A stretch of 64,000 nucleotides of DNA from an uncultured Ruminococcus sp. (GCA_964494135.1 CAZBQN010000006.1:2806-66805), one strand, 5' to 3'; counted from the first letter of the stretch, positions 8,030 to 20,266 are shown. Notes: a model not told the origin generated them from the letters alone. Program-made: numbers and translations.

Positions 8030-8058
8030 TTGACAAATATGCTTTGAAGTTATAAAAT
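8030..8058 (+). promoter_or_regulatory. Promoter of the leuA-ilv-leu operon
   Basis: TTGACA (8030-8035), 17-nt spacer, TAAAAT (8053-8058), about 65 nt upstream of leuA. Confidence 0.5.
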
Positions 8059-8123
8059 ATATAATATATTTTACTTACATAATAAACTAAGTATGTTTCC
8101 GATGCCACCGAAAGGATATAACG

Positions 8124-9788
8124 ATGACAGGTTCTGAAAAGTATGTAAAACAGTTCTTCTCGCCGAAGGGCGTGACAATGGACTGGACGAAAAAGGAATA
8201 TATAGAAAAACCGCCGGTGTGGTGTAGCGTGGATTTGAGAGACGGCAACCAGGCTCTGATTGTCCCCATGAGCCTTGACGAAAAGCTGGAGTTCTTCAAG
8301 CTTCTGTGCAAGGTCGGCTTCAAGGAGATAGAGGTGGGGTTCCCCGCGGCATCCGAGACCGAGTACGAGTTTTGCCGTGCGCTTATTGAGGGAGGACTCA
8401 TTCCCGACGACGTGACCATACAGGTGCTGACGCAGTCGAGAGAACATATTATAGCAAAGACGTTTAATGCAATCCGTGGTGCGAAGCGCGCCGTCGTTCA
8501 TCTTTACAACTCCACCTCAGTCGCTCAGCGCGAGCAGGTGTTTAAGAAGGATAAGCCGGAGATAATCAATATTGCAAAATTCGGTGCCGAGCTTTGTAAA
8601 AAGTACAAAGCTGAGGCTGAGGGAAAGATAACCTTCGAGTATTCTCCCGAGAGCTTTACGGGCACCGAGCCTGAGTTTGCTCTTGAAATCTGCAACGAGG
8701 TATTGAAGATATGGCAGCCCGACCCCGACAACAAGGTTATTATCAACCTGCCCGTTACGGTTTCACATTCCATGCCTCACGTATATGCAAACCAGGTTGA
8801 GTATATGCACAAGAACCTGCTTTACCGTGAGAACGTGCTTATATCGCTTCACCCCCACAACGATCGGGGCTGTGCGGTAGCGGACAGCGAAATGGGACTT
8901 CTGGCAGGCGGTGACAGAATAGAGGGTACGCTGTTCGGCAACGGCGAGCGCACGGGCAACGTGGACATCGTGACCATGGCTCTCAATATGTACTCTCAGG
9001 GAGTTGACCCGGGACTTGATTTTTCAAATCTTCCCGAGCTTACCGAGGTCTACGAGCGAGTGACGAGGATGCACGTTTACGAAAGACAGCCTTACAGCGG
9101 TCAGCTGGTGTTTGCCGCATTCTCAGGCTCGCATCAGGACGCTATTGCAAAGGGGATGAAATTCCGAGAGGGAAAGAACATACCCTGGACGGTGCCTTAT
9201 CTTCCCATCGACCCCACGGACGTGGGCAGAGTGTACGAGGCTGACGTTATCCGCATAAACTCCCAGTCGGGTAAGGGCGGTATAGGCTACATTCTTGAAA
9301 CTCAGTTCAACCTTAACCTTCCGCCTAAGATGCGCGAGGTGTTCGGTTATCACGTCAAGAGCGTTTCCGACAGAGGTCACAGAGAACTGCCTCCGAAGGA
9401 AGTGTACGATATTTTCATGCGCGATTTTGTCAATCTGACGCCTCACCTCGAGGTCAAGGGCGCGCAGTATAATCCCATGCCAGACGGAAATCTGTATTCG
9501 CTTATTGAGATTGAATACGACGGCGAGCTTCGCGCAGTCAGGGCAAAGGGCAACGGACGGCTTGACTGTGTCAGCAACGCCGTAAAATCCGCACTCGGCA
9601 TTGAGTATTCCCTTGACAATTATACACAGCATGCTTTAGAGAGCAAGACCGCGTCAAAGGCTGCATCCTACGTGGGCATCACAAAAGACGGAAAAACCTA
9701 TTGGGGCTGCGGCATTGACACCGACATCGGTGAGTCGTCGGTAAAGGCGCTGATAAGCGCGGTCAATCGCATGCTTGACGCAAAGTAA
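8124..9788 (+). CDS. leuA: 2-isopropylmalate synthase (long LeuA type)
   Basis: 554 aa. Has PVWCSVDLRDGNQA, HPHNDRGCAVA and a GERTGN-type catalytic core plus a C-terminal LeuA dimerisation/regulatory domain. Confidence 0.92.
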   Translation: MTGSEKYVKQFFSPKGVTMDWTKKEYIEKPPVWCSVDLRDGNQALIVPMSLDEKLEFFKLLCKVGFKEIEVGFPAASETEYEFCRALIEGGLIPDDVTIQVLTQSREHIIAKTFNAIRGAKRAVVHLYNSTSVAQREQVFKKDKPEIINIAKFGAELCKKYKAEAEGKITFEYSPESFTGTEPEFALEICNEVLKIWQPDPDNKVIINLPVTVSHSMPHVYANQVEYMHKNLLYRENVLISLHPHNDRGCAVADSEMGLLAGGDRIEGTLFGNGERTGNVDIVTMALNMYSQGVDPGLDFSNLPELTEVYERVTRMHVYERQPYSGQLVFAAFSGSHQDAIAKGMKFREGKNIPWTVPYLPIDPTDVGRVYEADVIRINSQSGKGGIGYILETQFNLNLPPKMREVFGYHVKSVSDRGHRELPPKEVYDIFMRDFVNLTPHLEVKGAQYNPMPDGNLYSLIEIEYDGELRAVRAKGNGRLDCVSNAVKSALGIEYSLDNYTQHALESKTASKAASYVGITKDGKTYWGCGIDTDIGESSVKALISAVNRMLDAK

Positions 9789-9798
9789 AGGAGCATTT

Positions 9799-11484
9799 AT
9801 GAAGTTAACAGGATCGGAAATCATTATCAGAACGCTGATAGACGAGGGTGTTACCGACGTTTTCGGTTATCCCGGAGGTCAGGTCATCAATATCTACGAC
9901 GCGCTCTACAAATACAGAGACGAAATAAATCATATTCTTACCGCTCACGAGCAGGGAGCGTCCCACGCGGCTGACGGCTATTCCAGAGCCACCGGCAAGG
10001 TCGGCGTATGTATCGCCACCTCGGGTCCCGGCGCGACGAACCTCGTCACGGGTATAGCGACGGCTATGCTGGATTCCATTCCCATGGTCGCAATAACCGG
10101 TAACGTGCCTTGCTCTCTGATAGGCAGGGACTCCTTCCAGGAGATTGACATTACGGGAATTACCCTTCCCATAACCAAGCACAACTACTTCGTCAACAAA
10201 ATCGAGGAGCTTCAGTCCAGCATCCGAGAGGCGTTCTCCATTGCGAAGTCGGGAAGACCCGGACCCGTGCTTGTCGACGTGCCGAAGGACGTACAGATGG
10301 CGACCTTCGAGTACGAGCCTCAGCCTGTTTCGCCGAAAATTCCGCTTCCCAAATGCGCGGATTCGGATATAGAAGCGGCAGTCGCCATCGTCAATGAGGC
10401 AAAGCGCCCCTACATATACATCGGAGGCGGAGCGGCAGGCCTCGGAATGGGTGAGAAAATCGTGGAGTTCGCCGAGAAAATCGACGCGTATATCGGCTGT
10501 TCCTTTATGGGACTGTCTGCAATCCCCGACGGCTGTCCGAGATTTCTCGGTATGCAGGGTATGCACGGTCATTACGCCTCTTCGATGGCTCAGAATGACG
10601 CCGACCTTATCATCGGTATCGGCGTGCGCTTCAGCGACAGAGCCACGGGTAACGTAGCGAAATTCGCGAGGAACAGCAAAATAATACAGCTTGACCCGGA
10701 TTTCTCCGAAATAAATAAAAACGTAAGAGTCGACTGCGGAATCGTCGGCGACGTTGAATATTCCTTCAGATCGATTGCGGCGGCGGCAGAGAGAAAGAGC
10801 AACCCCGATTGGTGCGCCCACGTTGAAAAATTAAAAGCCGAGGAGGCAAAGCTGGAGCGTGAGTACGACGAAGCAAACGCAGGTATACTTACTCCCAAAG
10901 CGGTAATTCAGGCAATAAACAGAAACAAGCCGGAAGGCACGGTCATCGCTACCGACGTCGGTCAGCACCAGATGTGGACGGCACAGTACGCGACGTTTGA
11001 CAGGACGCGCCGTTTCGTTTCCTCGGGCGGGCTTGGCACTATGGGATTCGGTCTCGGTGCGGCTATCGGTGCCAGGGTTGCGACCGGCGACACCGTCGTG
11101 CTTGTCACGGGCGACGGCTCCTTCGGTATGAACCTCAACGAGCTTGCCACCGCTGTGTCACATAATATTCCGGTGGTAATAGTGCTGATGAACAACGGCG
11201 TTCTCGGTATGGTCCGCCAGTGGCAGACCCTGTTCTTCGGCAAGAGATATTCAAATACCGTTCTTACAGACAGACGCACAGATTTCGTCAAGCTGGCAGA
11301 TGCCTTCGGCGCAGTCGGTTACAGGGTTGACAACCTTGCCGACTTCGAGCGCGTGTTCCGCGAGGCTGTGGCTTCGGGGAAAACGGTTGTAATCGACACC
11401 CTGATAGATAAGGACGAATTCGTTCTTCCGATGCTTCCCCCCGGCGGTGCGATTGACGATATGATAACGAAGGTTGAGAGGTGA
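9799..11484 (+). CDS. ilvB: Acetolactate synthase large subunit (biosynthetic, ThDP-dependent)
   Basis: GYPGG, GPGATN and GLGTMGFGLGAAIGA...GDGSF ThDP motif. ATG at 9799 follows AAGGAG. Confidence 0.92.
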   Translation: MKLTGSEIIIRTLIDEGVTDVFGYPGGQVINIYDALYKYRDEINHILTAHEQGASHAADGYSRATGKVGVCIATSGPGATNLVTGIATAMLDSIPMVAITGNVPCSLIGRDSFQEIDITGITLPITKHNYFVNKIEELQSSIREAFSIAKSGRPGPVLVDVPKDVQMATFEYEPQPVSPKIPLPKCADSDIEAAVAIVNEAKRPYIYIGGGAAGLGMGEKIVEFAEKIDAYIGCSFMGLSAIPDGCPRFLGMQGMHGHYASSMAQNDADLIIGIGVRFSDRATGNVAKFARNSKIIQLDPDFSEINKNVRVDCGIVGDVEYSFRSIAAAAERKSNPDWCAHVEKLKAEEAKLEREYDEANAGILTPKAVIQAINRNKPEGTVIATDVGQHQMWTAQYATFDRTRRFVSSGGLGTMGFGLGAAIGARVATGDTVVLVTGDGSFGMNLNELATAVSHNIPVVIVLMNNGVLGMVRQWQTLFFGKRYSNTVLTDRRTDFVKLADAFGAVGYRVDNLADFERVFREAVASGKTVVIDTLIDKDEFVLPMLPPGGAIDDMITKVER

Positions 11485-11489
11485 GAGGG

Positions 11490-12005
11490 ATGAATAAAGT
11501 AAACGAGTTCGTTATAGCGGTATACGTTGACAACAAATTCGGCGTACTGACCAGAGTTACTAGCATGTTCACCAGGCGCGGCTTCAATATTGACGCTCTG
11601 ACCGTCGGCGAGACCGAGTCTGCCGATTATTCGCGTATCACAATATGCCTGAGCGGCGACGGCTACGCACGTGAGCAGCTCATAAATCAACTGAAGAAAC
11701 TCCACAACGTCAAAAAGGTCGTGGTTTTGCAGGACGATTCCATAAAGCGCGAGCTTTTGCTCCTTAAGGTCAAGTATGACAGGGAGTCGAGAGCGGATAT
11801 TCTTGATGCCACCCAGGTTTACCGTGGCAACGTAATTGATTATACCTCGGAGGCTATGTGTATCCAGGTTACGGGCGACTCATCCAAGATAGACGCTTTC
11901 GTAAATCTTATGCGCCCCTACGGCATAATAGAGATGTGCCGTACAGGTCTTGTAGCACTTGACAGAGGCGACGTTACCCTGCTTGGCAAATCCGAAAACA
12001 GATAA
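11490..12005 (+). CDS. ilvN: Acetolactate synthase small (regulatory) subunit
   Basis: ACT-domain start VDNKFGVLTRVTSMFTRRGFNIDALTVGETE. Abuts the ilvB stop. A GTG at 11481 is an alternative start. Confidence 0.9.
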   Translation: MNKVNEFVIAVYVDNKFGVLTRVTSMFTRRGFNIDALTVGETESADYSRITICLSGDGYAREQLINQLKKLHNVKKVVVLQDDSIKRELLLLKVKYDRESRADILDATQVYRGNVIDYTSEAMCIQVTGDSSKIDAFVNLMRPYGIIEMCRTGLVALDRGDVTLLGKSENR

Positions 12006-13070
<1,065 letters not shown>

Positions 13071-13112
13071 TATTTTCCGTATCCCCATTCAAATTCCAAA
13101 GGAAAAATAAAA

Positions 13113-14774
13113 ATGATTAAGGAAAAAGTAATCGACGGGGCGCACAACGCACCGCACCGTTCTCTTTACAAGGCCCTCGGTCTTACGAGCGAGGAGCTGT
13201 CCCGTCCGCTTATCGGTATAGTTTCTTCATATAACGAGATAGTACCCGGACATATTAATCTTGACAAAATCACCGAGGCTGTCAAAATCGGCGTGGCTAT
13301 GGCAGGCGGTACTCCCATAGTATTTCCGGCTATCGCCGTATGCGACGGTATCGCCATGGGACACGTGGGAATGAAATACTCTCTTGTCACCCGTGACCTT
13401 ATTGCCGACTCCACCGAGTCTATGGTTATGGCTCACGGCTTTGACGGTCTGGTTATGATACCTAACTGTGACAAGAACGTGCCGGGTCTTTTAATGGCGG
13501 CGGCGAGACTTAATATTCCCACCGTTTTCGTCAGCGGCGGTCCTATGCTGGCAGGCAGAGTTGACGGCAGGAAAACCAGCCTTTCCAGTATGTTTGAGGC
13601 TGTCGGTGCTTATAAAGCAGGGAAGATCGACGACTGCAAGCTCTGCGAATACGAGTCAAAGACCTGTCCATCCTGCGGTTCATGCTCGGGTATGTACACC
13701 GCAAACTCAATGAACTGCCTGACCGAGGTTCTCGGTATGGGTCTGCGCGGCAACGGTACTATTCCCGCCGCGTATTCCGCGAGAATTGAGCTGGCAAAGC
13801 ACGCAGGCATGCAGGTTATGGAGCTTGTCAGAAAGAACATCCGCCCGAAGGACATTATGACCGAGGCGGCAATCCGGAACGCTGTTACAGCAGATATGGC
13901 TCTCGGCTGTTCGACAAACAGCATGCTTCACCTTCCCGCTATCGCCAACGAGTGCGGCGTGAAATTCGACCTTGATATGGTGAATGAAATCAGTGAGAAG
14001 ACACCCAACCTTTGCCACCTTGCACCTGCGGGACCTACTTATATGGAGGATCTCAACGAGGCAGGAGGCGTGTACGCCGTGCTTCGCGAGATTGACAAGC
14101 TGGGACTGCTTGACACGTCCGTTATGACCTGCACCGGCAAAACGATGGCGGAGAACATCGCGGATGCGGTAAATTACAATACCGACGTTATCCGCACCGT
14201 GGATAATCCCTTTATGAAGACCGGCGGAATAGCCGTGCTCCGAGGCAATCTTGCCCCCGACGGCTGTGTGGTAAAGAGAAGTGCCGTAGCTCCCGAAATG
14301 CTTGTTCACGAGGGACCTGCCAAGGTCTATGAGAGCGAGGAGGAGGCTATTGCCGCAATTTATGCCGGCGAAATAGTCAAGGGCGACGTCGTAGTTATCA
14401 GATACGAGGGCCCCGCAGGCGGACCCGGTATGAGAGAAATGCTCTCTCCCACCTCTGCTATCGCAGGCATGGGACTTGACAAGGACGTAGCTCTTATCAC
14501 CGACGGCAGATTTTCCGGCGCAACCCGCGGCGCGTCAATAGGCCACGTATGCCCCGAGGCTGTCAGAGGCGGTGCCATTGCATACGTCAAGAACGGCGAT
14601 ATCATCTCTATAAACATTCCCGAATATAAAATCGAGCTTCAGGTTTCGGACGGGGAGCTTGAAGCCCGCCGTGCTGAAATGCCCATAAAGAAAAAGACGG
14701 ATATCACAGGCTACCTGAAAAGATATGCCGCGCAGGTAAGCTCGGCTGATAAGGGAGCAATAATCAACTACTAA
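13113..14774 (+). CDS. ilvD: Dihydroxy-acid dehydratase
   Basis: 553 aa. Has [25 protein letters not shown] and ITDGRFSG motifs. Confidence 0.95.
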   Translation: MIKEKVIDGAHNAPHRSLYKALGLTSEELSRPLIGIVSSYNEIVPGHINLDKITEAVKIGVAMAGGTPIVFPAIAVCDGIAMGHVGMKYSLVTRDLIADSTESMVMAHGFDGLVMIPNCDKNVPGLLMAAARLNIPTVFVSGGPMLAGRVDGRKTSLSSMFEAVGAYKAGKIDDCKLCEYESKTCPSCGSCSGMYTANSMNCLTEVLGMGLRGNGTIPAAYSARIELAKHAGMQVMELVRKNIRPKDIMTEAAIRNAVTADMALGCSTNSMLHLPAIANECGVKFDLDMVNEISEKTPNLCHLAPAGPTYMEDLNEAGGVYAVLREIDKLGLLDTSVMTCTGKTMAENIADAVNYNTDVIRTVDNPFMKTGGIAVLRGNLAPDGCVVKRSAVAPEMLVHEGPAKVYESEEEAIAAIYAGEIVKGDVVVIRYEGPAGGPGMREMLSPTSAIAGMGLDKDVALITDGRFSGATRGASIGHVCPEAVRGGAIAYVKNGDIISINIPEYKIELQVSDGELEARRAEMPIKKKTDITGYLKRYAAQVSSADKGAIINY

Positions 14775-14785
14775 AAGAGGGTAAT

Positions 14786-14876
14786 GTTTGAAAATGAATT
14801 TTTCAAACTGTCGTTTGTGTCTTTCGTTTCGTATATGATGGAACGAATTTCCTAGCGGAAACCGAAGACAAACGAC
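14786..14876 (+). other. Two adjacent RNA hairpins in the ilvD-leuC spacer
   Basis: Perfect 9-bp stem GTTTGAAAA/TTTTCAAAC (14786-14808, 5-nt loop), followed immediately by an imperfect stem of about 18-20 bp, GTCGTTTGTGTCTTTCGTTTCG / CGGAAACCGAAGACAAACGAC (14810-14876). No U-tract follows. Confidence 0.5.
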
Positions 14877-14892
14877 CTCTCAAACGAAAGGA

Positions 14893-16173
14893 ATGGCGAT
14901 AATTATGGCAATGACGATGACGCAAAAAATACTTGCCGCTCATGCAGGCTTGGAGTCGGTAGAGGCAGGTCAGCTGATACTTGTAGACGTTGACAGAGTG
15001 CTTGGAAACGACATCACCTCGCCTGTGGCGATACGCGAGTATGAGAAAATAGGCAAAGAGGGCGTTTACGACCGTGAGAAGGTAACTATGGTTATGGACC
15101 ACTTTGCTCCGAATAAGGATATCAAGGCGGCGGTGCAGTGCAAAATGTGCCGTGACTTCTGCGAAAAGGAGAATATCACAAACTTCTTTGACGTGGGCAG
15201 AATGGGAATTGAGCACGCTCTGCTACCCGAAAAGGGACTTGTAATTCCGGGCGACGTCGTTATTGGCGCGGATTCTCACACCTGTACATACGGTGCCCTC
15301 GGCGCGTTTTCCACAGGTGTGGGATCCACCGATATGGCGTGCGGCATGGCGACGGGCAAGGCTTGGTTCAAGGTCCCCTCTGCCATCAAATTCGTTCTCA
15401 AAGGCAAGCTTTCGAAATTCGTGTCCGGTAAGGACGTAATTCTTCACATTATCGGAATGATCGGCGTTGACGGCGCGCTTTATAAGTCCATGGAATTCGT
15501 GGGCGAGGGTGTATCGTCGCTTACCGTGTACGACCGTCTCACCATATCCAATATGGCAATCGAGGCAGGCGCGAAGAACGGAATATTCCCGGTTGACGAA
15601 CAGACCCTGGCTTACGTTCGCGAGCGTTCGGAAAGAGAGCCTGTGATTTACGAGGCTGATGCCGACGCGGAATACGACGAGGTTTACGAGATAGACCTGT
15701 CAACGATAAAGTCCACCGTGGCATTCCCTCATCTTCCCGAAAACACCCGTACAATCGACGAGGTGGGAGACGTGAAGATTGATCAGGTCGTCATCGGATC
15801 GTGCACCAACGGACATTACAAGGATTTGGCAGAGGCTGCCGAGATTTTCAAGGGACGCAAGGTTGCTAAGAACGTTCGTGCGATAATTATCCCCGCGACA
15901 CAGGACATTTATCTTCGCGCTATGGAAAACGGACTTCTCAAAATCTTCATTGAGGCAGGCTGTGTGGTTTCCACGCCTACCTGCGGACCCTGTCTTGGCG
16001 GTTATATGGGCATTCTCGCGGCAGGGGAGAGAGCCGTTGCCACCACCAACCGCAACTTCGTCGGCAGAATGGGAGACGTGACCTCAGAGGTCTACCTCGC
16101 CAGCCCCGCTGTTGCTGCGGCATCGGCGATTGCAGGTAAGATAGCCGACCCGTGTCAAGTTTTCGAGGCTTAA
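14893..16173 (+). CDS. leuC: 3-isopropylmalate dehydratase large subunit
   Basis: [11 protein letters not shown] start and aconitase-family Cys ligands (GSCTNG, CGPCLG). Start is uncertain among ATGs at 14893, 14905, 14911 and 14917, because the AAAGGA SD directly abuts 14893. Confidence 0.9.
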   Translation: MAIIMAMTMTQKILAAHAGLESVEAGQLILVDVDRVLGNDITSPVAIREYEKIGKEGVYDREKVTMVMDHFAPNKDIKAAVQCKMCRDFCEKENITNFFDVGRMGIEHALLPEKGLVIPGDVVIGADSHTCTYGALGAFSTGVGSTDMACGMATGKAWFKVPSAIKFVLKGKLSKFVSGKDVILHIIGMIGVDGALYKSMEFVGEGVSSLTVYDRLTISNMAIEAGAKNGIFPVDEQTLAYVRERSEREPVIYEADADAEYDEVYEIDLSTIKSTVAFPHLPENTRTIDEVGDVKIDQVVIGSCTNGHYKDLAEAAEIFKGRKVAKNVRAIIIPATQDIYLRAMENGLLKIFIEAGCVVSTPTCGPCLGGYMGILAAGERAVATTNRNFVGRMGDVTSEVYLASPAVAAASAIAGKIADPCQVFEA

Positions 16174-16187
16174 AGGAGGGTTTACCG

Positions 16188-16682
16188 ATGAAATATACAG
16201 GCAATGCAATTAAGTACGGCGACAACGTTGACACCGACGTTATTATTCCCGCCAGATATCTAAACACTATCGACAAGCGCGAGCTTGCCTCTCACTGCAT
16301 GGAGGATATCGACAAGAGCTTCGTTACCAAGGTGCGCCCCGGCGATGTCATGATAGCCGGCACCAACTTCGGCTGCGGCTCATCCCGTGAGCATGCACCC
16401 ATCGCCATAAAGGAGAGCGGTATTTCTCTCGTAATTGCCAAGAGCTTTGCGAGAATTTTCTACCGCAATTCCATAAACATCGGTTTGGCTATCGTCGAGT
16501 GCCCTGAGGCCAGCGACGGCATTTCCGAGGGCGACGTTGTGGAAGCTGATCTGGACAACGGTGTTATTTATAACAGAACCACTGGCAAGAGCTTCAAGAC
16601 TCAGCCCTTCCCGGAGTTTATTCAGAAGATAATAGCCGCAGGCGGACTCGTTGAGTCGGTGAAATGCGGTGAGATAAAATAA
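16188..16682 (+). CDS. leuD: 3-isopropylmalate dehydratase small subunit
   Basis: [14 protein letters not shown] and [14 protein letters not shown] motifs. ATG at 16188 follows AAGGAGGG. Confidence 0.92.
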   Translation: MKYTGNAIKYGDNVDTDVIIPARYLNTIDKRELASHCMEDIDKSFVTKVRPGDVMIAGTNFGCGSSREHAPIAIKESGISLVIAKSFARIFYRNSINIGLAIVECPEASDGISEGDVVEADLDNGVIYNRTTGKSFKTQPFPEFIQKIIAAGGLVESVKCGEIK

Positions 16683-16696
16683 AAGAGGTAATCAGG

Positions 16697-17764
16697 ATGA
16701 ATTACAATATAGCGCTTTTGCGCGGCGACGGTATAGGACCGGAAATCGTTGACAGTGCGGTCAGAGTCCTCTCTGCCGTCGGTGAAAAGTACGGACACAG
16801 CTTCAATTTCACTCCCTACGACATAGGCGGTGTGGCAATAGATAAGCACGGGATACCACTTCCCGAGGAAACGGTTGCCGGCTGTCTTGCTTCCGACAGC
16901 GTTCTTCTCGGTGCTGTCGGCGGTCCGAAATGGGATACGCTTCCGGGAAATCTCCGCCCGGAGAAAGCGCTCCTCGGCATCCGTGCCGCAATGGAGCTGT
17001 TTACCAACCTCCGCCCGGCAAAGCTATATCCCGCACTTAAAGACGACTGTCCTTTGCGTGCCGACGTGGTAAAGGACGGCTTCGATATGGTTATCGTCCG
17101 CGAGCTTACCGGAGGCATTTACTTCGGCGAGCGCGGTATGCGACAGGGTAAATACGGTGAGGAGGCTTACGACACGGAGTCCTACAGCCGTATGGAAATC
17201 GAGCGTATAGTCAAGGTGGCTTTTGAAACCGCGCGCAAGCGCAGAAAAAAGCTCATAAGCATAGACAAGGCAAACGTCCTTGATACGTCGCGTCTATGGC
17301 GTAAGATAGTGCACGAGATGGCGGCTGAATACCCGGACGTTGAGTGCTCTGATATGCTGGTTGACAATGCGGCAATGCAGCTTGTGCGCAATCCAGCGCA
17401 GTTTGACGTAGTCGTTACCACAAATATGTTCGGAGATATCATCTCGGACGAGGCATCTCAAATTACAGGCTCAATAGGCATGCTGCCCTCTGCATCACTT
17501 GGCAAGGGTACGAGAGGACTTTACGAGCCTATCCACGGCTCTGCTCCGGATATTGCAGGGCAGAATAAGGCAAACCCAATTGCCACCATTCTCTCCGGTG
17601 CAATGATGCTCCTTTACTCCTTCGGTCTTTCCGAAGAGAGCGACGCCATCGTTTCTGCCGTTGATAAGGTGCTTGAAGCCGGCTGGCGTACTGCGGATTT
17701 GGCTCACGGCGGCGAATGTCTCTCCACTGTGGAAATCACCGATAAAATCATAGAAGCGCTTTAA
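16697..17764 (+). CDS. leuB: 3-isopropylmalate dehydrogenase
   Basis: [14 protein letters not shown] and [12 protein letters not shown]...[11 protein letters not shown] motifs. Confidence 0.95.
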   Translation: MNYNIALLRGDGIGPEIVDSAVRVLSAVGEKYGHSFNFTPYDIGGVAIDKHGIPLPEETVAGCLASDSVLLGAVGGPKWDTLPGNLRPEKALLGIRAAMELFTNLRPAKLYPALKDDCPLRADVVKDGFDMVIVRELTGGIYFGERGMRQGKYGEEAYDTESYSRMEIERIVKVAFETARKRRKKLISIDKANVLDTSRLWRKIVHEMAAEYPDVECSDMLVDNAAMQLVRNPAQFDVVVTTNMFGDIISDEASQITGSIGMLPSASLGKGTRGLYEPIHGSAPDIAGQNKANPIATILSGAMMLLYSFGLSEESDAIVSAVDKVLEAGWRTADLAHGGECLSTVEITDKIIEAL

Positions 17765-17770
17765 ATCGAT

Positions 17771-18940
17771 ATGTTAAGAAATCTTTATCTTCGCCTTTGT
17801 ATGACCGGCGTTTTCGGCAAAGTTCTCGACACGCCCCTATTCCGACTGTTCGGAGAGTACTGCCGTGAGGGTGCCTTGCCGGAAGAAAAAGTCCGCGCCT
17901 ATTCAAGGATGATATCCGAGGTTTACTCATCCGGACTGTCGCTTACCGACCTTACCTTCAAGCTCATCAGCGAGGACGAAAACGTGTATGTCAGGTCCTG
18001 CGCACACAGCCTTCCCATCGACCCGTCGGTAGAAGAGGCGGTTAGACGCGAGCTGTCTGTGTTCGAGGAGTTTGCCTCTCTGACGCCCGAGGACTTCTCC
18101 CGTGATATGGGTGCGGAATACGTCTGCCCCTTCTTATCCGAAAGAAAGAATTTTGCCGAGCTGTACCGGGCGCGTATCAGGGAAATTCACAGAGTGGGAT
18201 ACGGCATATTCTCCTCACATTCCATGTTCAGACTGGCTGACGGCGGTCTTATTGAGCCTATCGTCAGCGCGGACAAAACCACTATGGATAAATTCGTCGG
18301 CTACGAGGCTGAGCGAGCTCAGGTCGTCGCCAATACCGAAGCCTTTATAGAGGGAAAGCCGGCGGCAAACGCCCTGCTCTGCGGTGACGCGGGTACGGGT
18401 AAATCCTCAACGGTCAAGGCGGTTGCCAACGCCTTCTTCGATAAGGGTGTAAGACTTATCGAGCTTCGCAAGGACCAGCTGTCACGGCTGCCTTACGTTA
18501 TGGGCAAGGTTTCGGAAAACCCCTTGAAGTTCATTATTTTCATCGACGACCTGTCCTTTAATAAGAGCGACGACAATTTCAGTATGCTGAAGGCGGCTCT
18601 GGAAGGCTCGGCGTCCGCCAGGGCGGATAACGCCATTATATACGCAACCTCAAACCGCCGTCACATTATTAAGGAAAGCTTCGGCGACCGCGAGGGCAAT
18701 GACGTGCACATAAACGATACCTTGCAGGAAACGCTGTCCCTGTCCGAGAGATTTGGACTCGTTGTACTGTTCCAGAAGCCGAACAAGCAGCTGTACCTTG
18801 ATATAGTTCACCGCCTTGCGGACAGAGCAGGGTTGAAGATAGACAGGGACAAGCTGGATATTGACGCAGAGGCGTTTGCCCTCAGGCGCGGCAACCGTTC
18901 GGCAAGATGCGCCGAGCAGTTTATCGACAGTCTTTTATAA
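17771..18940 (+). CDS. P-loop ATPase, DUF815-like (AAA+ related), function unknown
   Basis: Walker A GDAGTGKSSTVKA and Walker B FIIFIDDLSF. Starts 6 nt after the leuB stop and ends 29 nt before ilvA. DUF815 assignment is from memory. Confidence 0.65.
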   Translation: MLRNLYLRLCMTGVFGKVLDTPLFRLFGEYCREGALPEEKVRAYSRMISEVYSSGLSLTDLTFKLISEDENVYVRSCAHSLPIDPSVEEAVRRELSVFEEFASLTPEDFSRDMGAEYVCPFLSERKNFAELYRARIREIHRVGYGIFSSHSMFRLADGGLIEPIVSADKTTMDKFVGYEAERAQVVANTEAFIEGKPAANALLCGDAGTGKSSTVKAVANAFFDKGVRLIELRKDQLSRLPYVMGKVSENPLKFIIFIDDLSFNKSDDNFSMLKAALEGSASARADNAIIYATSNRRHIIKESFGDREGNDVHINDTLQETLSLSERFGLVVLFQKPNKQLYLDIVHRLADRAGLKIDRDKLDIDAEAFALRRGNRSARCAEQFIDSLL

Positions 18941-18969
18941 TTTTAGTTAGATCGAAAGAGAATAATACT

Positions 18970-20163
18970 ATGCTTACACTTGACAACGTGTACCGCGCAA
19001 GCTACGTGCTTAAGGACGTAATCCGTAAGACCGATATCATATACGCACCTAAGCTGAAGCCGGGTACGGAGCTGTACTTGAAAACCGAGAATTTGCAGAT
19101 AACCGGCTCCTTTAAGGTGCGCGGCTCATATTATAAGATGACACGCCTCTCCGATGAGGAGAAGGCTCGGGGCGTCATCGCCTGCTCGGCAGGAAACCAC
19201 GCGCAGGGCGTAGCACTTGCCGCACAGAAGAACGGTATTAAGGCGGTTATCTGTCTGCCTGACGGCGCGCCTATATCTAAGATTGAGGCGACGAAAAGCT
19301 ACGGTGCCGAGGTCTGCCTCGTAGAGGGAGTTTACGACGACGCCTACAAGCGTGCTATCCAGCTGCGTGACTCGGAGGGGTACAGCTTTATCCACCCCTT
19401 TGATGACGAGGACGTTATCGCGGGGCAGGGAACAATCGCCCTTGAAATTGCAGAGCAGCTGCCCGACCTTGACGCGGTTATCGTACCCATTGGCGGCGGC
19501 GGTCTGATTTCCGGTGTGGCATATACCATAAAATCCATAAATCCGAGAGTTAAGGTTTACGGCGTTCAGGCACAGGGTGCTCCCTCTATGTTAAACTCGG
19601 TGAGAGACGGAGAGATAGAGGAGCTTCACTCGGTGTCCACCATTGCAGACGGTATCGCCGTAAAGAAGCCGGGTCAGCTCACCTATGAGCTTTGCTCAAA
19701 GTATGTGGATGAGATTGCCACGGTCTCCGACGACGAGATTTCCGCGGCAATACTCGCGCTTATGGAACAGCACAAGCTTGTTACCGAGGGCGCGGGCGCC
19801 GTTGCCGTAGCGGCGGCAATGTTCGGTAAGTTTGACCTTGCAGGCAAGAAGACCGTATGTCTGCTCTCGGGTGGCAATATCGACGTTACAATATTGTCAA
19901 GAGTTATTAAGCGCGGACTTCTTATGTCGGGCAGAAACTATCAGCTGATGATAGAGCTGGTAGACAAGCCCGGTCAGCTCAAGGACGTTTCGCGTATTAT
20001 TGCGGACCTGGGAGGCAACGTTACCTCGGTACACCACGAGCGCGCCAATGAAGGCTCGGACGTCAACGGCTGTTATCTTCGTATCGTACTTGAAACGAGA
20101 AACTTCGAGCATATCAGACAGATAAAGGACGCGCTGACCTCGGCGGGCTTCAAGCTGCTGTAA
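18970..20163 (+). CDS. ilvA: Threonine ammonia-lyase (threonine dehydratase) with C-terminal ACT-like domain
   Basis: PLP-lysine motif ENLQITGSFKVRG, plus SAGNHAQG and GGGGLISG. ATG at 18970. Confidence 0.9.
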   Translation: MLTLDNVYRASYVLKDVIRKTDIIYAPKLKPGTELYLKTENLQITGSFKVRGSYYKMTRLSDEEKARGVIACSAGNHAQGVALAAQKNGIKAVICLPDGAPISKIEATKSYGAEVCLVEGVYDDAYKRAIQLRDSEGYSFIHPFDDEDVIAGQGTIALEIAEQLPDLDAVIVPIGGGGLISGVAYTIKSINPRVKVYGVQAQGAPSMLNSVRDGEIEELHSVSTIADGIAVKKPGQLTYELCSKYVDEIATVSDDEISAAILALMEQHKLVTEGAGAVAVAAAMFGKFDLAGKKTVCLLSGGNIDVTILSRVIKRGLLMSGRNYQLMIELVDKPGQLKDVSRIIADLGGNVTSVHHERANEGSDVNGCYLRIVLETRNFEHIRQIKDALTSAGFKLL

Positions 20164-20200
20164 AAAGCAATAAAACCGACGGCTTTCACAAACGAAAAAT

Positions 20201-20266
20201 GCAGGTTAACACCTGATGTCATTAAATTATCTTAATGGCTTTGGGCTGACACCTGCCTTTTCTTTC
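20201..20266 (+). terminator. Possible terminator of the ilv-leu operon
   Basis: GCAGGT...ACCTGC closing stem plus CATTAA/TTAATG inner pairing (20201-20256), followed by CTTTTCTTTCC. The interior is imperfect. Confidence 0.35.

Noticed and set aside
9805-10821. 338-aa minus-strand ORF opposite ilvB. Similar antisense ORFs occur at 29128-30087, 32084-32869, 21713-22453 and 13707-14309.
   Set aside because: All are antisense to genes with strong family signatures, and none has start-site support.
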